Shown: positions 42,778 to 54,585 of the stretch, one piece after another
Position numbering within the stretch: position 1 is the stretch's first letter
Layout of the letters: every line of letters begins with the position of its first letter
Assembly: GCA_041396725.1 (NCBI GenBank)
Contig: JAWKYA010000004.1
Coordinates: 20,019 to 84,018 of the forward strand
Reading direction: 5' to 3'
From: Alphaproteobacteria bacterium
GTDB taxonomy: Bacteria > Pseudomonadota > Alphaproteobacteria > JAWKYA01
DNA length: 64,000 nt
Notes under the pieces: model-generated
Told to the model about the DNA's origin: nothing
What the model saw: the letters and a program-made list of their open reading frames with translations, nothing else
The model's database searches: none
Translations under genes and position numbers: made by a program

Positions 42778-43554
42778 ATGACACAAGGTCCTCTTGTAGA
42801 AATGCGGAATATCACTAAGAGATTTGGTGGTGTCCATGCCGTTGATAATGTCAGTGTTGATCTCTACCCCGGGGAAGTTGTCGGGCTTTTGGGGCATAAC
42901 GGCGCTGGTAAATCGACATTGATTAAAATGCTGTCGGGCGCGTACCCTATTGATTCAGGTGAGATCCGCATCAATGGGCAGGTTGCGCATATAGCATCGC
43001 CCCGGGATAGCCGCGGATACGGAATTGAGACAATTTATCAAAACCTAGCGCTTGCGGATAATCTTGGTGCACCTGAAAACCTCTTTTTGGGTCGCGAAAT
43101 TATGACTCACTGGGGAACAGTTGACGATGTCTCTATGGAGCTTGAGGCGCGTAAAGTTCTACATCGTCTCAATCCAAATTTTGAGAATATTAAAGATGCT
43201 GTAAGGACTATGTCGGGCGGACAACGTCAGTCGGTGGCCATTGCAAGAGCTATTCTTTTTAATGCTAAGATTTTGATTATGGATGAGCCCACAGCAGCGT
43301 TGGGACCACAAGAAACGGCTATGGTTGCATCATTAATCCGCCAATTAAAGAAGGAAGGGATTGGTATTTTCCTGATTAGTCATGATCTTCATGATGTCTT
43401 TGATTTATCGGATCGGGTGGCTGTCATGAAAAACGGTAAACTCGTCGGCGTGCGCCGCACGGCTAATGTGACCAAGGACCAAGTCCTCGGAATGATTATT
43501 TTAGGTAAGCTGCCCGAAGAGGAAACAGCCTCCGACGTAGCGTCACTGCATTAG
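42778..43554 (+). CDS. xylG: Sugar ABC ATPase (single nucleotide-binding domain)
   Basis: [50 protein letters not shown]; ATG 42778 follows GGAGAGG. Confidence 0.85.
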   Translation: MTQGPLVEMRNITKRFGGVHAVDNVSVDLYPGEVVGLLGHNGAGKSTLIKMLSGAYPIDSGEIRINGQVAHIASPRDSRGYGIETIYQNLALADNLGAPENLFLGREIMTHWGTVDDVSMELEARKVLHRLNPNFENIKDAVRTMSGGQRQSVAIARAILFNAKILIMDEPTAALGPQETAMVASLIRQLKKEGIGIFLISHDLHDVFDLSDRVAVMKNGKLVGVRRTANVTKDQVLGMIILGKLPEEETASDVASLH

Positions 43555-43593
43555 TGGCAGCGCAGTCTATCTATGGCCATATATGGAGAATAA

Positions 43594-44361
43594 ATGATGG
43601 CTACAGCTACTTATCCGAGTCTCAAAGATCGGACAGTTTTTGTCACCGGAGGTGGCAGTGGTATTGGTGCGGCGATAGTGGAGCATTTTGCAGCACAAGG
43701 GGCGCGAGTTGGTTTTGTTGATATTGCGAAGGATCCATCGCAAGCTCTTATAAAGGCAATTGCTGCCAAGGGGTATCCTGAACCGTTTTTTGTCCAAACG
43801 GACATCACAGACATTCCTGCATTGAAAGATGCGATTGGCAAAGTGCGAAAGGCTTTAGGATTGATCACTATACTTGTGAACAATGCCGCCAATGATCAAA
43901 GGCATAGCATTGATGAGGTCACGCCAGCATACTGGGATGATCGGATTGCTGTTAACTTAAAGCATCAGTTTTTTGCAGCGCAAACTATATACCCTGATAT
44001 GGAAAAATCGGGTGGTGGTTCAATTATTAATCTTGGTTCGGTTTCTTGGGTAATTGGGCAGGGTGGTATGCCGTGCTATACTACCGCAAAGTCGGCAATT
44101 CAGGGACTGACTCGCGCCCTGGCGCGCGATTTGGGGCCGAAGAATATTCGGGTTAATTCCATCCTACCAGGCTGGATTATGACACAGCGGCAAATTGATA
44201 TGTGGTTGACACCAGAAGGGGAAGCCGAGCTTATGCAACGGCAATGTATTAAGCGTAAACTTTACCCGGAAGATATTGCGCGTGTGGTGTTATTTTTTGC
44301 TGCTGACGATAGCGGTGCTTGTACCAATCAGAGCTATATCGCCGATGGCGGGTGGGTATGA
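43594..44361 (+). CDS. SDR-family D-xylose 1-dehydrogenase (Caulobacter XylB-like)
   Basis: ATYPSLKDRTVFVTGGGSGIG, NNAANDQRH, YWDDRIAVNLKHQFF, YTTAK; adjacent to xylFHG. Confidence 0.8.
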   Translation: MMATATYPSLKDRTVFVTGGGSGIGAAIVEHFAAQGARVGFVDIAKDPSQALIKAIAAKGYPEPFFVQTDITDIPALKDAIGKVRKALGLITILVNNAANDQRHSIDEVTPAYWDDRIAVNLKHQFFAAQTIYPDMEKSGGGSIINLGSVSWVIGQGGMPCYTTAKSAIQGLTRALARDLGPKNIRVNSILPGWIMTQRQIDMWLTPEGEAELMQRQCIKRKLYPEDIARVVLFFAADDSGACTNQSYIADGGWV

Positions 44362-44375
44362 TATGTACGATAATA

Positions 44376-44410
44376 GAAAAAAGCCTTCGGATTTCTCCGG
44401 AGGCTTTTTC
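44376..44410. terminator. Probable bidirectional intrinsic terminator between convergent genes
   Basis: GAAAAAAGCCTTCGG-ATTTCT-CCGGAGGCTTTTTC, with an A-run before and a T-run after the stem. Confidence 0.8.
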
Positions 44411-44414
44411 AGCT

Positions 44415-45272
44415 TTAAGTCAAATTCATCTTAAAAAACTCAATAGTTCGGCCCCAAGCGAGTTCGGCAGCATCCTTGTTATAACGGGCAGCATTGGTGT
44501 CATTATTGAAAGCGTGATCTACGCCATCGTAAATATAAACGGTATATTTCTTGCCAGCTTGATCAAGAGCATTTTTATAGCCGGGAATCCCCTGATTGAT
44601 ACGCTCATCCAAGCCAGCATAATGGAGGAGGAGAGGGGCCTTGATATTGGCAACCTGATCTGCTGGAGGTTGTGGCCCGTAATAGGCGACCGCAGCATTT
44701 AAATTAGGCTCAGCGACAGCCAATTGATTCACCATGCCACCACCCCAGCAGAAGCCAACAACGCCGACCTTGCCATTTGAGTCGGGACGGTTCTTAAGCC
44801 ATGCCACAGCACTGCGAAGATTAGCCACAGTTTGCTTGGCATCGAGTTTACCAATCATATCTCGGGCTTGATCCTCATTTTGAGGGGTACCGCCCATAGG
44901 CGATAACAAATCTACAGCTACCGCATTAAATCCGGCTTTTGCAACTCTACGAGCCACATCTTCTATATGTGCGTTAAGGCCGCGATTTTCATGAATCACG
45001 ACAACACCCCCACGTTTACTGCTGTCCTTAGGGTGCGTAAAATATGCTTTTACATCCCCGCTTACATTAGGAATCGTGATGCGCTCGCTTATTAAGCCAG
45101 GGTCATTGGCAGGGATCATTTCTGCGTTGGCATAATTATTCTCTAAAAGAGGGAGAAGGGCATAAGCTGCAGCTGTTCCACCCGCGAGCTTTGTTAGCCG
45201 CTCGAGAAAAACACGTCGATCTAAAGGAGCGTGAGTATATTCGTCATACAGCGCGATAATGCGGCGATCCAT
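44415..45272 (-). CDS. Dienelactone hydrolase family protein (YghX-like)
   Basis: VVIHENRGLNAHIEDVARR, VGFCWGG (Cys nucleophile), YDGVDHAFNND. Confidence 0.9.
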   Translation of the reverse strand: MDRRIIALYDEYTHAPLDRRVFLERLTKLAGGTAAAYALLPLLENNYANAEMIPANDPGLISERITIPNVSGDVKAYFTHPKDSSKRGGVVVIHENRGLNAHIEDVARRVAKAGFNAVAVDLLSPMGGTPQNEDQARDMIGKLDAKQTVANLRSAVAWLKNRPDSNGKVGVVGFCWGGGMVNQLAVAEPNLNAAVAYYGPQPPADQVANIKAPLLLHYAGLDERINQGIPGYKNALDQAGKKYTVYIYDGVDHAFNNDTNAARYNKDAAELAWGRTIEFFKMNLT

Positions 45273-45506
45273 AATGTCTCCTCCTTCATTACAAAGTTAA
45301 CATTAGATCAGATCATAAGAGGTTTACCTCTTTAAGAAAATCACGGCCTCGTGAGCGGGAGATAAGAATTTGATGCTATTCGTAGTCTTAAAAAAGACTA
45401 TCTCGACAGGGGAAAATAATTCAGTTATGCGTGAGAAAGTGCTGAGCCTAAGAGTTTATCACGAACATTGGCTTGTTTTGCACTATGCGGTTTATGGGGT
45501 TTCCTA

Positions 45507-46798
45507 ATGTCTTCCGGTTCATCTAGCGCTGTCGAGGTTAATGCCGACGGTGTAGAATCAATTTCACCTGCATCAACCTTGGCACCATCGCCCATCGCTT
45601 TTCGCTATCGAAATTATCAGTTGCTTTGGTTGGGGCGGTTATTCTCAAGTTTTGCTGTGCAGATAGTTATCGTCGCCGTGGGGTGGCACATATACGACTT
45701 AACCCGTAATCCCTTTGATCTGGGATTGATTGGTCTTATTCAATTTTTACCATCGGCTATTCTTGTTTTTATCACAGGCGCTGTTGCCGATCGTATGGAT
45801 CGACGCAAGATTTTATCAGTATGCCTTGCTATTGAAGCTATCGGTACCGGGGTACTTTTGTACCTTGTAGTGATAGATAGCCGAGAAATTTGGTCGATCT
45901 ATGCTACGCTTTTATTGTTTGGAATTGGCCGAGCTTTTTTTGCCCCTGCTGCGCCAGCTCTAGTGCCAAGCCTTGTTCCCTCACAAGCGCTCGCAAATGC
46001 AATTACCTGGGCTTCGTCAGCTTGGCAGTTAGCAACCATCGTTGGGCCTGTTGCTGGGGGGCTGTTATATGGGATCTCAGCTGAAGTTGCCTACAGTATT
46101 GCTTTTGTGCTTTTAGCTATATCAACGGTGCTCGTCCTGTTTATCCGTGTTGCTCATAAGCCAAAGCGATCAGAAAAGGGTGGGTGGGCAAATCTGTTGG
46201 CAGGACTTAAGTATATTCGTCATGAACGTGTTGTCTTAGGCGCCATATCGCTCGATCTTTTTGCTGTTCTTCTGGGAGGAGCGACGGCGCTTCTACCAGC
46301 TGTAGCGCGTGATGTCTTGGATGTAGGGCCATGGGGTTTAGGTCTTCTACGTGCTGGACCTGGGATCGGCGCAATTGCTATGGCAGGTTTGTTAACTCTG
46401 TTTCCCATTAAAAATCATGCAGGGCGATTAATGTTTACCTGCGTTGCTTTGTTTGGACTTGGGACGATTGTCTTTGGATTATCAACAATCGTATGGATAT
46501 CAATCGCTGCCCTAATCGTTATGGGAGCAGCCGATATGGTAAGTGTCGTTGTGCGCGAAACCTTGCTTCAGTTGTGGACACCGACTCAGTTCGTGGACGT
46601 GTTTACGCAGTCAATATGGTGTTTGTTGGTGCATCCAACGAGCTTGGCGAATTTCGCGCCGGAATCTCGGCTTCGCTGATGGGCATAATGCCCGCCATCA
46701 TCTTTGGTGGTATTGGGACAATCGCTGTGGCGGCGCTCTGGGCTTTTTGGTTCCCAGAGCTTCGTGAAGCAAAGAATTTAGAAGCGCGCAAGACTTAA
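45507..46798 (+). CDS. MFS transporter (EntS/H+-antiporter-like); frameshift near 46578
   Basis: Multiple TM segments, GAVADRMDRRK, SLDLFAVLLGGATALLP; continues after the shift as WTP-DSVRGRV..VNMVFVGASNELGEF. Confidence 0.85.
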
Positions 46799-46806
46799 AT
46801 AAAAGG

Positions 46807-48369
46807 TTAGTCTGCTGCTTGTTTTGATGACTGGTTTGGCTGCCACCGCAGGATCGGATTTCGGGCTGCTGTCGTTTCATCGAGCCGCCGCCGCGGCGTA
46901 AAGCGCGGAGCCTCTTTGAAATGCTGTATATCGCCAGACTTTGCCTTAGCCGCTAAGTGTCGTACTGTTGCGATGAAGTTATCTAAGGTAGCCTTCGATT
47001 CTGTTTCAGTGGGCTCCATCAGCAAAGCACCATGCACTACCAGCGGAAAATACATGGTCATAGGATGAAAACCTTCATCGATTAGCGCCTTAGCGAAGTC
47101 AAGCGTTGTTACTCCCGTTCCTTCCAGGATCGATCATCAAACAGGGCTTCATGCATACATGGACCAGGGAAGGGTGCTGATACTTTATCCGTCAAGCTTG
47201 CTAAGAGGTAATTAGCGTTAAGAACGGCATCTCCGGAGACCTGACGTAATCCATCGCTGCCATGGCTCATCATGTAGGCGAGCGCACGGACAAACATCCC
47301 CATTTGGCCATGGAACTTAAGTCGGCCAAGGGCCATAGTTGCCTCGCCTTCGGCCTGCTCATGCAAGGTAAATCCATCTTTATCGTGTACAATCCATGGC
47401 AAAGGGGCATAGGGCGCCAGAGCATCCGACAAAACGACAGGTCCTGCGCTTCGGGACCTCCACCACCGTGAGGGTGGAGAATGTCTTGTGTAGGTTAATG
47501 TGCATACAATCTATGCCTAAGTCTCCTGGTCGTACCCGTCCTACGATGGCGTTGTAATTGGCGCCGTCACAATAGAAATACCCCCCAGCGTCATGGATAG
47601 CCTTAGCGATGGTGATAATATCGCGCTCGAATAGACCGCAGGTATTTGGGTTGGTCAGCATGATCCCTGCAATCTCAGGGCCAAGCTTAGCCTTTAGTGC
47701 AGTAAGGTCAACGCGGCCGGTTGCGTCGGCGGGGATGGACTCAACTTCAAAGCCGCAGGCCGCAGCGGTTGCGGGATTGGTACCATGAGCGGACTCTGGA
47801 ACCAGGATGCGATTGCGCTGTTTTTGTCCCTTCGCATCAAGGGCGGCACGGATAGCCATCAGTCCGCAGAGTTCACCATGAGCACCTGCGCCTGGAGATA
47901 AGGCCACTGCAGGCATGTTGGTTAAGGTTTTTAACCAATGGGCAAGATGCGCAATAAGCTCAAGGGCGCCTTGAACCGTTGAGATAGGCTGTAAGGGGTG
48001 GATATCGGCGAACCCCGGCAAACGCGCTAACTTCTCATTAAGGCGCGGGTTATGTTTCATCGTGCATGAACCTAGGGGATAGAACCCCGAATCAATGCCG
48101 TAATTTTTCTGACTTATGCGCGTGTAATGGCGCACCACTTCAGGTTCAGCAAGGCCAGGGAGGCCAATTTTTCCGATGCGGCGAAGATTGCCAAGGCGAG
48201 AGGTATGCTTGAGTGGCTCAGGAAGGTCAACGCCGCAGCGTCCTGGGGAATCTCGCTCGAATATTAATGGTTCCTCGAGCATTAAGCCACGATGACCCGA
48301 GAAGGTTTCCGTCAGAGGAGGAGTGTTTGTTAAGGCTTGTTTCTTAGCAAGATCGCTGGAATGGCTCAT
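46807..48369 (-). CDS. gcvPB: Glycine dehydrogenase subunit 2 (frameshifts near 47400 and 47100)
   Basis: [33 protein letters not shown] (PLP lysine), [28 protein letters not shown]. Confidence 0.92.
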
Positions 48370-49712
48370 TGGAGTATCTCCTCAAGGCCTTGGCCAAGGG
48401 CGTCGATATCCTGGTCAGTTGTTGTTTCTGTCGCGGCAATCAGCAAGATGTTGGTTAAATCGGGTTGATCGGGATAAAGCCGAGAGGCAGGAATGCCGGC
48501 AAGAATACGTTTCTTTGCAAGAGCTTCCACTACATCTGCTGCAGTTTTCGGTAAGCGGATAGCAAATTCATTAAAGAAAGTCTCGTTTAAAACCTTAACA
48601 CCGGGAACCTTCGCCAGGCGATCCGCAGTTCGAACAGCTGTTGCGTGATTCAGCTCCGCAAGCCGTTGAAAACCAACTTCACCAAGTAAGCTCATGTGAA
48701 TTGAGAATGCTAGAGCACAAAGTCCTGAATTTGTACAAATATTACTGGTCGCCTTTTCACGACGGATGTGCTGTTCTCGGGTGGAAAGGGTCAAAACCCA
48801 GCCCCGTCTACCATCCACATCAACGGTTTCCCCGGCAAGGCGCCCAGGTAGTTGTCGGACAAACTTATTTCTAGTTGCGAATAAACCAACGTAAGGTCCA
48901 CCAAAATTTAAAGAATTTCCAATTGACTGACCTTCAGCAGCAACGATATCTGCTCCCATCTCGCCAGGCGATTTGATCAAGCCCAAGGAAACAATTTCGG
49001 TCACAACAACAATCAGTAGAGCGCCGTGCTTATGGCACGTCTCAGCGAGGACCGAATGATCAAATAAATTGCCGAAAACATCGGGATTTTGCACCACGAC
49101 ACAGGCGGTATCGCTATCGATCTGCTCAGCGAAATCTTCAGAATTTGTTGGTGTTGGATCGAGAGAGCTTACGGTAAAGCCGTGGAAGCGCGCATGAGTC
49201 TCGGCAATTTCACGATAGTGAGGATGGAGGCGGCCTGAAAGTAAAGCTTTTTTGCGTTTAGTAATCCGCTGCGCCATCATGATGGCTTCGACACATGAGG
49301 TTGCCCCGTCATACATAGAGGCATTGGCAACCTCCATCCCTGTGATGAGTGCCACCTGGGTTTGGAATTCATAGATCATCTGCAGGGTGCCCTGGGCAAT
49401 CTCAGGCTGATAGGGCGTATAGGCGGTCAAGAACTCACCCCGCAAGAGCAGTTGATCAACGCTGGCTGGAACATGGTGACGGTAAGATCCGGCACCACAG
49501 AAGAAAGGAACGCTTCCAGCTGCGATATTTTTGGCCGCCATAGCGCTTAATGTGCGCTCAACCTCTAATTCCCCTTTGTAAGAAGGCAGATCGACAGGGT
49601 GATCTAAGTAAACGGATGAAGGCACATCCTTAAAAAGGGCATCTACATCCCGGACGCCGATCGTTTTCAGCATAGCCTCCCGCTCGGGAGTTGTAAGAGG
49701 AAGATAACGCAT
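48366..49712 (-). CDS. gcvPA: Glycine dehydrogenase subunit 1
   Basis: [50 protein letters not shown]. Confidence 0.97.
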   Translation of the reverse strand: MRYLPLTTPEREAMLKTIGVRDVDALFKDVPSSVYLDHPVDLPSYKGELEVERTLSAMAAKNIAAGSVPFFCGAGSYRHHVPASVDQLLLRGEFLTAYTPYQPEIAQGTLQMIYEFQTQVALITGMEVANASMYDGATSCVEAIMMAQRITKRKKALLSGRLHPHYREIAETHARFHGFTVSSLDPTPTNSEDFAEQIDSDTACVVVQNPDVFGNLFDHSVLAETCHKHGALLIVVVTEIVSLGLIKSPGEMGADIVAAEGQSIGNSLNFGGPYVGLFATRNKFVRQLPGRLAGETVDVDGRRGWVLTLSTREQHIRREKATSNICTNSGLCALAFSIHMSLLGEVGFQRLAELNHATAVRTADRLAKVPGVKVLNETFFNEFAIRLPKTAADVVEALAKKRILAGIPASRLYPDQPDLTNILLIAATETTTDQDIDALGQGLEEILQ

Positions 49713-50092
49713 TAGTGTCCGCCGCCTTCTTTATAGTTATCGTATGATTTTTTATCCATAAGATCAGATAGTTCTGAGCTATCATTAATCTCAAGCTTAA
49801 AGAACCAAGAACTCCCTTCCGGATCTTGGTTAACCTTAGCTGGATCATCGACAATCGCTTGATTGACAGCTGTTACCTTGCCTGAGGTAGGGCTATAGAC
49901 CTCACTGGCAGCCTTAACTGATTCGACGACAGCAGCCTGATCGCCCTTTGCCAGTACCTTGCCCACGGATGGCAATTCAACAAAGACAACATCGCCAAGC
50001 TGTTCCTGCGCATATATCGTAATACCAACGGTCCCAGTTTTACCGTCAAGGGCTATCCATTCGTGATCTTTGGTGAATTTCTTTTCGCTCAT
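49712..50092 (-). CDS. gcvH: Glycine cleavage system H protein
   Basis: [39 protein letters not shown] (lipoyl lysine). Confidence 0.97.
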   Translation of the reverse strand: MSEKKFTKDHEWIALDGKTGTVGITIYAQEQLGDVVFVELPSVGKVLAKGDQAAVVESVKAASEVYSPTSGKVTAVNQAIVDDPAKVNQDPEGSSWFFKLEINDSSELSDLMDKKSYDNYKEGGGH

Positions 50093-50095
50093 GCT

Positions 50096-51219
50096 TTAAG
50101 CCTTTTTATAGCGGGTGGGAACGAAAGGCAGGGGGGTAACCCGTGCCGGAAGAAGTTTATCGCGAACCGCGAGGGCCACTGCCGTATCAAGCTGCGCTGC
50201 GGATGTCGCGATATAACCCATAGCAATGGGGCGGTCGAGCGACGGAGCAAAGCCACCACTGGTAATTTCGCCAAGCTTCCTGCCATCTTGCGCCATGACA
50301 ACCGTATGAGCTCGCGCTGGGGCGCGTCCTTCAGGCATAAGGCCCACTCTAAGCCGTTTTGGACCTTCTCTAAGTTGTTGCTGAATGACCTCAGCCCCCG
50401 GAAATCCACCTTGTTCGCGGCGGCGCTTACCAATTGACCACGTTAAGGCCGCCTCAACAGGTGTAGTGGTGGTATCGATATCGCTACCATATAGGCATAA
50501 GCCCGCTTCTAGCCTTAAGGAATCGCGGGCGCCGAGACCGATTGGTCGGACTTCTGGGTCCTCTAGAAACTGATATGCTAGCTTTTCCGCGTCCTCCGCA
50601 GGAACAGAGATCTCATACCCATCCTCGCCTGTATATCCGGATCGCGTAACGAAACAGGGGATTCCTGCGAGGTGCAAGGGCGGCCCTCCATAAAAACCAT
50701 ACGCGCAGCAGAGGGGTCTAGCTTGGAAAGAACCTTCTCTGCAGCGGGCCCTTGAAGCGCCAAGAGAGCGTGATCATCGATCTGTTTAAAGCGAATGCGA
50801 TGACCAATCTGTTTTTCAAGATGCAAAAAATCAGCATCTTTGCAGGCAGCATTGACCACTAAACGAAGGTGATCACCAGCATTGCAAACCATCAAATCGT
50901 CCAGAATGCCGCCTGTATCGTTAGTAAAAAGAGCATAGCGCTGACGGTTCGTAGTCAAACTGGCAATATCAGCTGGAACAAGGGTTTCTAGGGCAGCAGC
51001 AGTATCTTTGCCATCAAGCCGTGCCTGACCCATATGCGAGACATCAAACAATCCCGCTGCAGCTCGGGTGTGTTTATGCTCGGTCAAAATCCCCATTGGA
51101 TACTGCACTGGCATCAGATAGCCCGCGAAGGGCACCATTTTAGCCCCTAAAGACAGATGAAGCTCATAGAGGGGTGTCCGTTTTAAATCTGTCGCTGATG
51201 GTACCGCTTCAGTGTTCAC
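50096..51219 (-). CDS. gcvT: Glycine cleavage system aminomethyltransferase T (frameshift near 50680)
   Basis: LKRTPLYELH, MVPFAGY.MPVQY, LFDVSHMGQ; then TRSGYTGEDGYEIS, GLGARDSLRLEAGLCLYG. Confidence 0.95.
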
Positions 51220-51270
51220 AAAAGAGATCCTTGGTAGAGAGTCGGGTTAGGCCAAGTAAACGGCGTATAA

Positions 51271-51450
51271 CCCCCTCTGTCCTGGACCTGAAAGATTCAC
51301 CGTTACCGGCTTACTTCTTCGGTGAGCAAACTAGCAAGAGTTTGCCTCTCTCCAGAGATCCCGACCCCGAACGGTCCTTCTGCCTGAGAGTTTGTAGGGG
51401 CGATTGCTCCTTCGGCGCTGACTATAGGGTCAGTCTCTCCCGCTCGGGTC
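51271..51450 (-). ncRNA. Tandem glycine riboswitch
   Basis: On the - strand, aptamer 1: GCGGGAGAGA-CTGAC/GTCAG-CGCCGAAGGAGCAA...AACTCTCAGGCAGAAGGACCG. Aptamer 2: CTCTGGAGAG...CACCGAAGAAGTAA...AATCTTTCAGGTCCAGGACAGAG. Directly upstream of gcvT. Confidence 0.95.
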
Positions 51451-51499
51451 TTGGAATATTCGGACTTTGGGTGAGCTAATTTATGGAGTCAACAGTTTG

Positions 51500-52981
51500 T
51501 CATAGGCGGGAACGAACGCGCCGCACGGCGTTACGCCAACCCACTAGAAGATCCTCACGTTCTTTCGGTTTAAGCTCAGGAGTAAAATGACAGTCACGTT
51601 GCCATCGCTGTTCAAGATCAGATAGAGAAGTCACGCAGCCAAGGGAAAGCGCCGCCAGACTCGCAGCCCCTACAGCCGTAGTCTCGGTAACTATAGGCCG
51701 ATCGACTGGAACGCCTAGAATATCGGCAAGCATTTGAGCCACGAAATCGTTACGAATCATACCACCATCGATCCTTAGACTTGCAGGAGCTATGCCATCC
51801 TCTTGCATGGCCTCAAGTAAATCTTGGGTTTGATAGGCAACGGATTCCAAGGCTGCCCGCACAAGCTCAGCAACGCCTGTATCGCGGGTTAGACCAAAAA
51901 TGGCGCCGCGTGCATCAGGCTCCCAATAGGGTGCACCAAGCCCTGTAAAAGCAGGGACAAGATAAACCCCCCGGTTGTTATGGAGGCTTCGTGCCAGAGC
52001 CTCAGTCTCTGCAGCAGTGCGGATGATTTTAAGCCCGTCGCGGAGCCATTGTACTGCGGCACCGGCAACGAAAATTGACCCTTCCAAGGCATAGGTAATT
52101 TTCCCATTCAGCCGATAACAGATGGTGGTCAAAAGTCGATTTTTGGAAACGAGAGCTTTTGCCCCAGTGTTCATTACTAAAAAAGCTCCTGTCCCGTAGG
52201 TACTTTTGCACGCACCAGATGCAAAGCAGCATTGACCAATGGTTGCGGCTTGTTGATCTCCAGCTATACCTGCTATTGGCAGGGCTTTCCCAAGAACAGT
52301 GGGATCACTCATCCCAAAATCATCCGCAGAATCTTTGACTTCAGGTAAGACCGATGAAGGTATCCGGAATAGCTGAAGGAGAGCGTCATCCCATTGATCT
52401 TTATGGATGTTATAAAGCAATGTTCGTGAAGCGTTGGTTGCGTCGGTTGCATGAACCTTACCCCCGGTTAGTCGCCATAAGATAAAACTATCGATGGTAC
52501 CAAAGGCGAGCTCGCCCCGCTCGGCACGGTGGCGCGCTTCTGGGATATTATCCAACAGCCATCCAAGTTTTGTTGCTGAGAAATAAGGATCGAGCAGTAG
52601 CCCTGTTTTGGCCGTGACCATTGATTCGTGATCTTCCGCTTTTAATTGCGCACAGAGAGCAGCGGTCCGTCGATCCTGCCAAACAATAGCACGCCCAAGC
52701 ACTTCGTGAGTCTTGCGATCCCACAAAAGAGTAGTTTCACGCTGATTGGTAATACCAATGCCAATGCAAGTAGCTCCAGCAGGGTGAGCTAGTACTTCTT
52801 TACAGCTTGCCAAAACAGTGAACCAGATCTCCTCGGGATCGTGCTCAACCCACCCATCAGCAGGATAATATTGCTTGAACTCGCGCTGTGCCGTTACAAC
52901 AGGCATGCCTTTGTCATCGAACAAGATTGCACGGCTTGATGTTGTTCCTTGATCAATAGCAAGTATATGAGTGGCGGCCAT
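51500..52981 (-). CDS. glpK: Glycerol kinase
   Basis: [53 protein letters not shown]. Confidence 0.97.
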   Translation of the reverse strand: MAATHILAIDQGTTSSRAILFDDKGMPVVTAQREFKQYYPADGWVEHDPEEIWFTVLASCKEVLAHPAGATCIGIGITNQRETTLLWDRKTHEVLGRAIVWQDRRTAALCAQLKAEDHESMVTAKTGLLLDPYFSATKLGWLLDNIPEARHRAERGELAFGTIDSFILWRLTGGKVHATDATNASRTLLYNIHKDQWDDALLQLFRIPSSVLPEVKDSADDFGMSDPTVLGKALPIAGIAGDQQAATIGQCCFASGACKSTYGTGAFLVMNTGAKALVSKNRLLTTICYRLNGKITYALEGSIFVAGAAVQWLRDGLKIIRTAAETEALARSLHNNRGVYLVPAFTGLGAPYWEPDARGAIFGLTRDTGVAELVRAALESVAYQTQDLLEAMQEDGIAPASLRIDGGMIRNDFVAQMLADILGVPVDRPIVTETTAVGAASLAALSLGCVTSLSDLEQRWQRDCHFTPELKPKEREDLLVGWRNAVRRVRSRL

Positions 52982-53080
52982 GCGATTACCCCTTTTACTC
53001 CGGCTTATTTATAGGCAGTTTAGCGACCAAGCCTTGTAACTGTCATGCGTAAGGTTCCTTTTTTGGGAGAAAATCAGTTA

Positions 53081-54579
53081 ATGCAGCACGAAACCCCTTC
53101 TATCTACGACCTACTCGTTATAGGAGGCGGTGTTAACGGCGCTGGGATTGCGCGTGATGCTGTCGGTCGTGGACTCAAGGTTATCTTGGTCGAAAAGGGG
53201 GATTTGGCTGGCGCAACCTCATCGGCTGCAACCAAACTGATTCACGGCGGTTTACGCTATCTTGAACACTATGAATTTCGCCTTGTCCGGGAAGCCTTGA
53301 TTGAGCGCGAAACCCTGCTGCAGATGGCGCCGCATATCATCTGGCCCCTTAGATTTGTTCTTCCCCATGCACCAGAGCTTCGTCCAGCTTGGATGATTCG
53401 GCTGGGATTATTTTTATATGATCATCTTGGGGTAGAAAACGGTTACCAGGGTCGTATGGTGTTAATCTTCGCAAAGATACAGTTGGTGCGCCGCTCAAAA
53501 CACAATGGGAGAAAGGTTTTATCTATTCCGATTGTTGGGTCGATGACGCGCGTTTGGTTGTTTTAAACGCACGGGACGCAGCTGATCGAGGTGCGAGCAT
53601 CTTAACCCGTACAGAGTTTATGCGAGCCGAGCGCGGACCTCAACATTGGCGTGCATTTATCAAAACACCGCAAGGGGAGCAACAAATCCTGGCGCGCGCC
53701 ATTGTCAATGCCGCGGGTCCATGGGTTGCGAGTGTATTACATGACCGAATTGCTCGGCCTAACCACCATAATATTCGCCTCGTTAAGGGTAGCCATATCA
53801 TTGTATCGCAACTCTTTACCCATGATGCATCATACATTCTTCAGCAACCAGATCGTCGGGTTGTTTTTGCTATTCCGTATGAGGGAAAATTTACACTGAT
53901 CGGGACAACCGATGTTGAGGTTAAAACAGCTGAGAATCCTGCCATATCTCCTGAAGAAACCGAATACTTATGCATGGCCATTAATAGATATTTCAGCAAA
54001 CGCATAAGCCCAGCAGATGTTGTTTGGAGTTATGCGGGGGTAAGGCCTTTACAAGACGATGCTTCAGGAAATGCCTCTGCGGTTACGCGGGATTATACCT
54101 TTGAGCTTGATGCCCCGTCAGGGCAAGCACCTGTGCTGAGTATCTTTGGTGGGAAGTTAACGACCTATCGTAAACTTGCAGAACACGCGATGGAAAAACT
54201 TGGGCCTTTATTAGGGGCGAAAGCAAAAAGCTGGACAGCAGGAGCGAGTTTGCCGGGGGGAGATATTCCTGATGCCGATTTTGTACGGTTTCAGAATAAT
54301 TCTGAACGGCGCTATGCAGGCATACCAAAACCGATTATGTCTCGTTTATGCCGACTCTATGGGACAAGAATTGATAAAATAATAGGTACAGCAAAAGGAT
54401 TGAACGATCTTGGTGCTGATCTTGGTGCTGGTTTAACTGAAGCTGAGTTAACCTATCTTGTCCGTAATGAGTGGGTGCAAACAGCTGAGGATGTGCTGTG
54501 GCGTCGCAGTAAATTGGGATTGATTACTCCACCGGATACAGCGGCACGAGTTACGGAGGCATTACGGCATATTTCTTGA
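53081..54579 (+). CDS. glpD: Aerobic glycerol-3-phosphate dehydrogenase (frameshift near 53430)
   Basis: DLLVIGGGVNGAGIARDA.GRG, KLIHGGLRYLE; then VKGSHI, VWSYAGVRPL, GGKLTTYRKLAE, DVLWRRSKLG. Confidence 0.95.
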
Positions 54580-54585
54580 AATAAT

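Noticed and set aside
45317-45400. Two short perfect inverted repeats (AAGAGG-N4-CCTCTT; TAGTCTT-N4-AAGACTA) between the DLH and MFS genes
   Set aside because: Stems of 6-7 bp in AT-rich DNA are expected by chance; they share no motif and no regulator is nearby.
25393-53566. Programmed ribosomal frameshifting in the adaptor, binding protein, MFS, gcvT, gcvPB and glpD
   Set aside because: The breaks I reconstructed are single-base losses, mostly in short G/C runs, without slippery heptamers or stimulatory structures, in families not known to frameshift.
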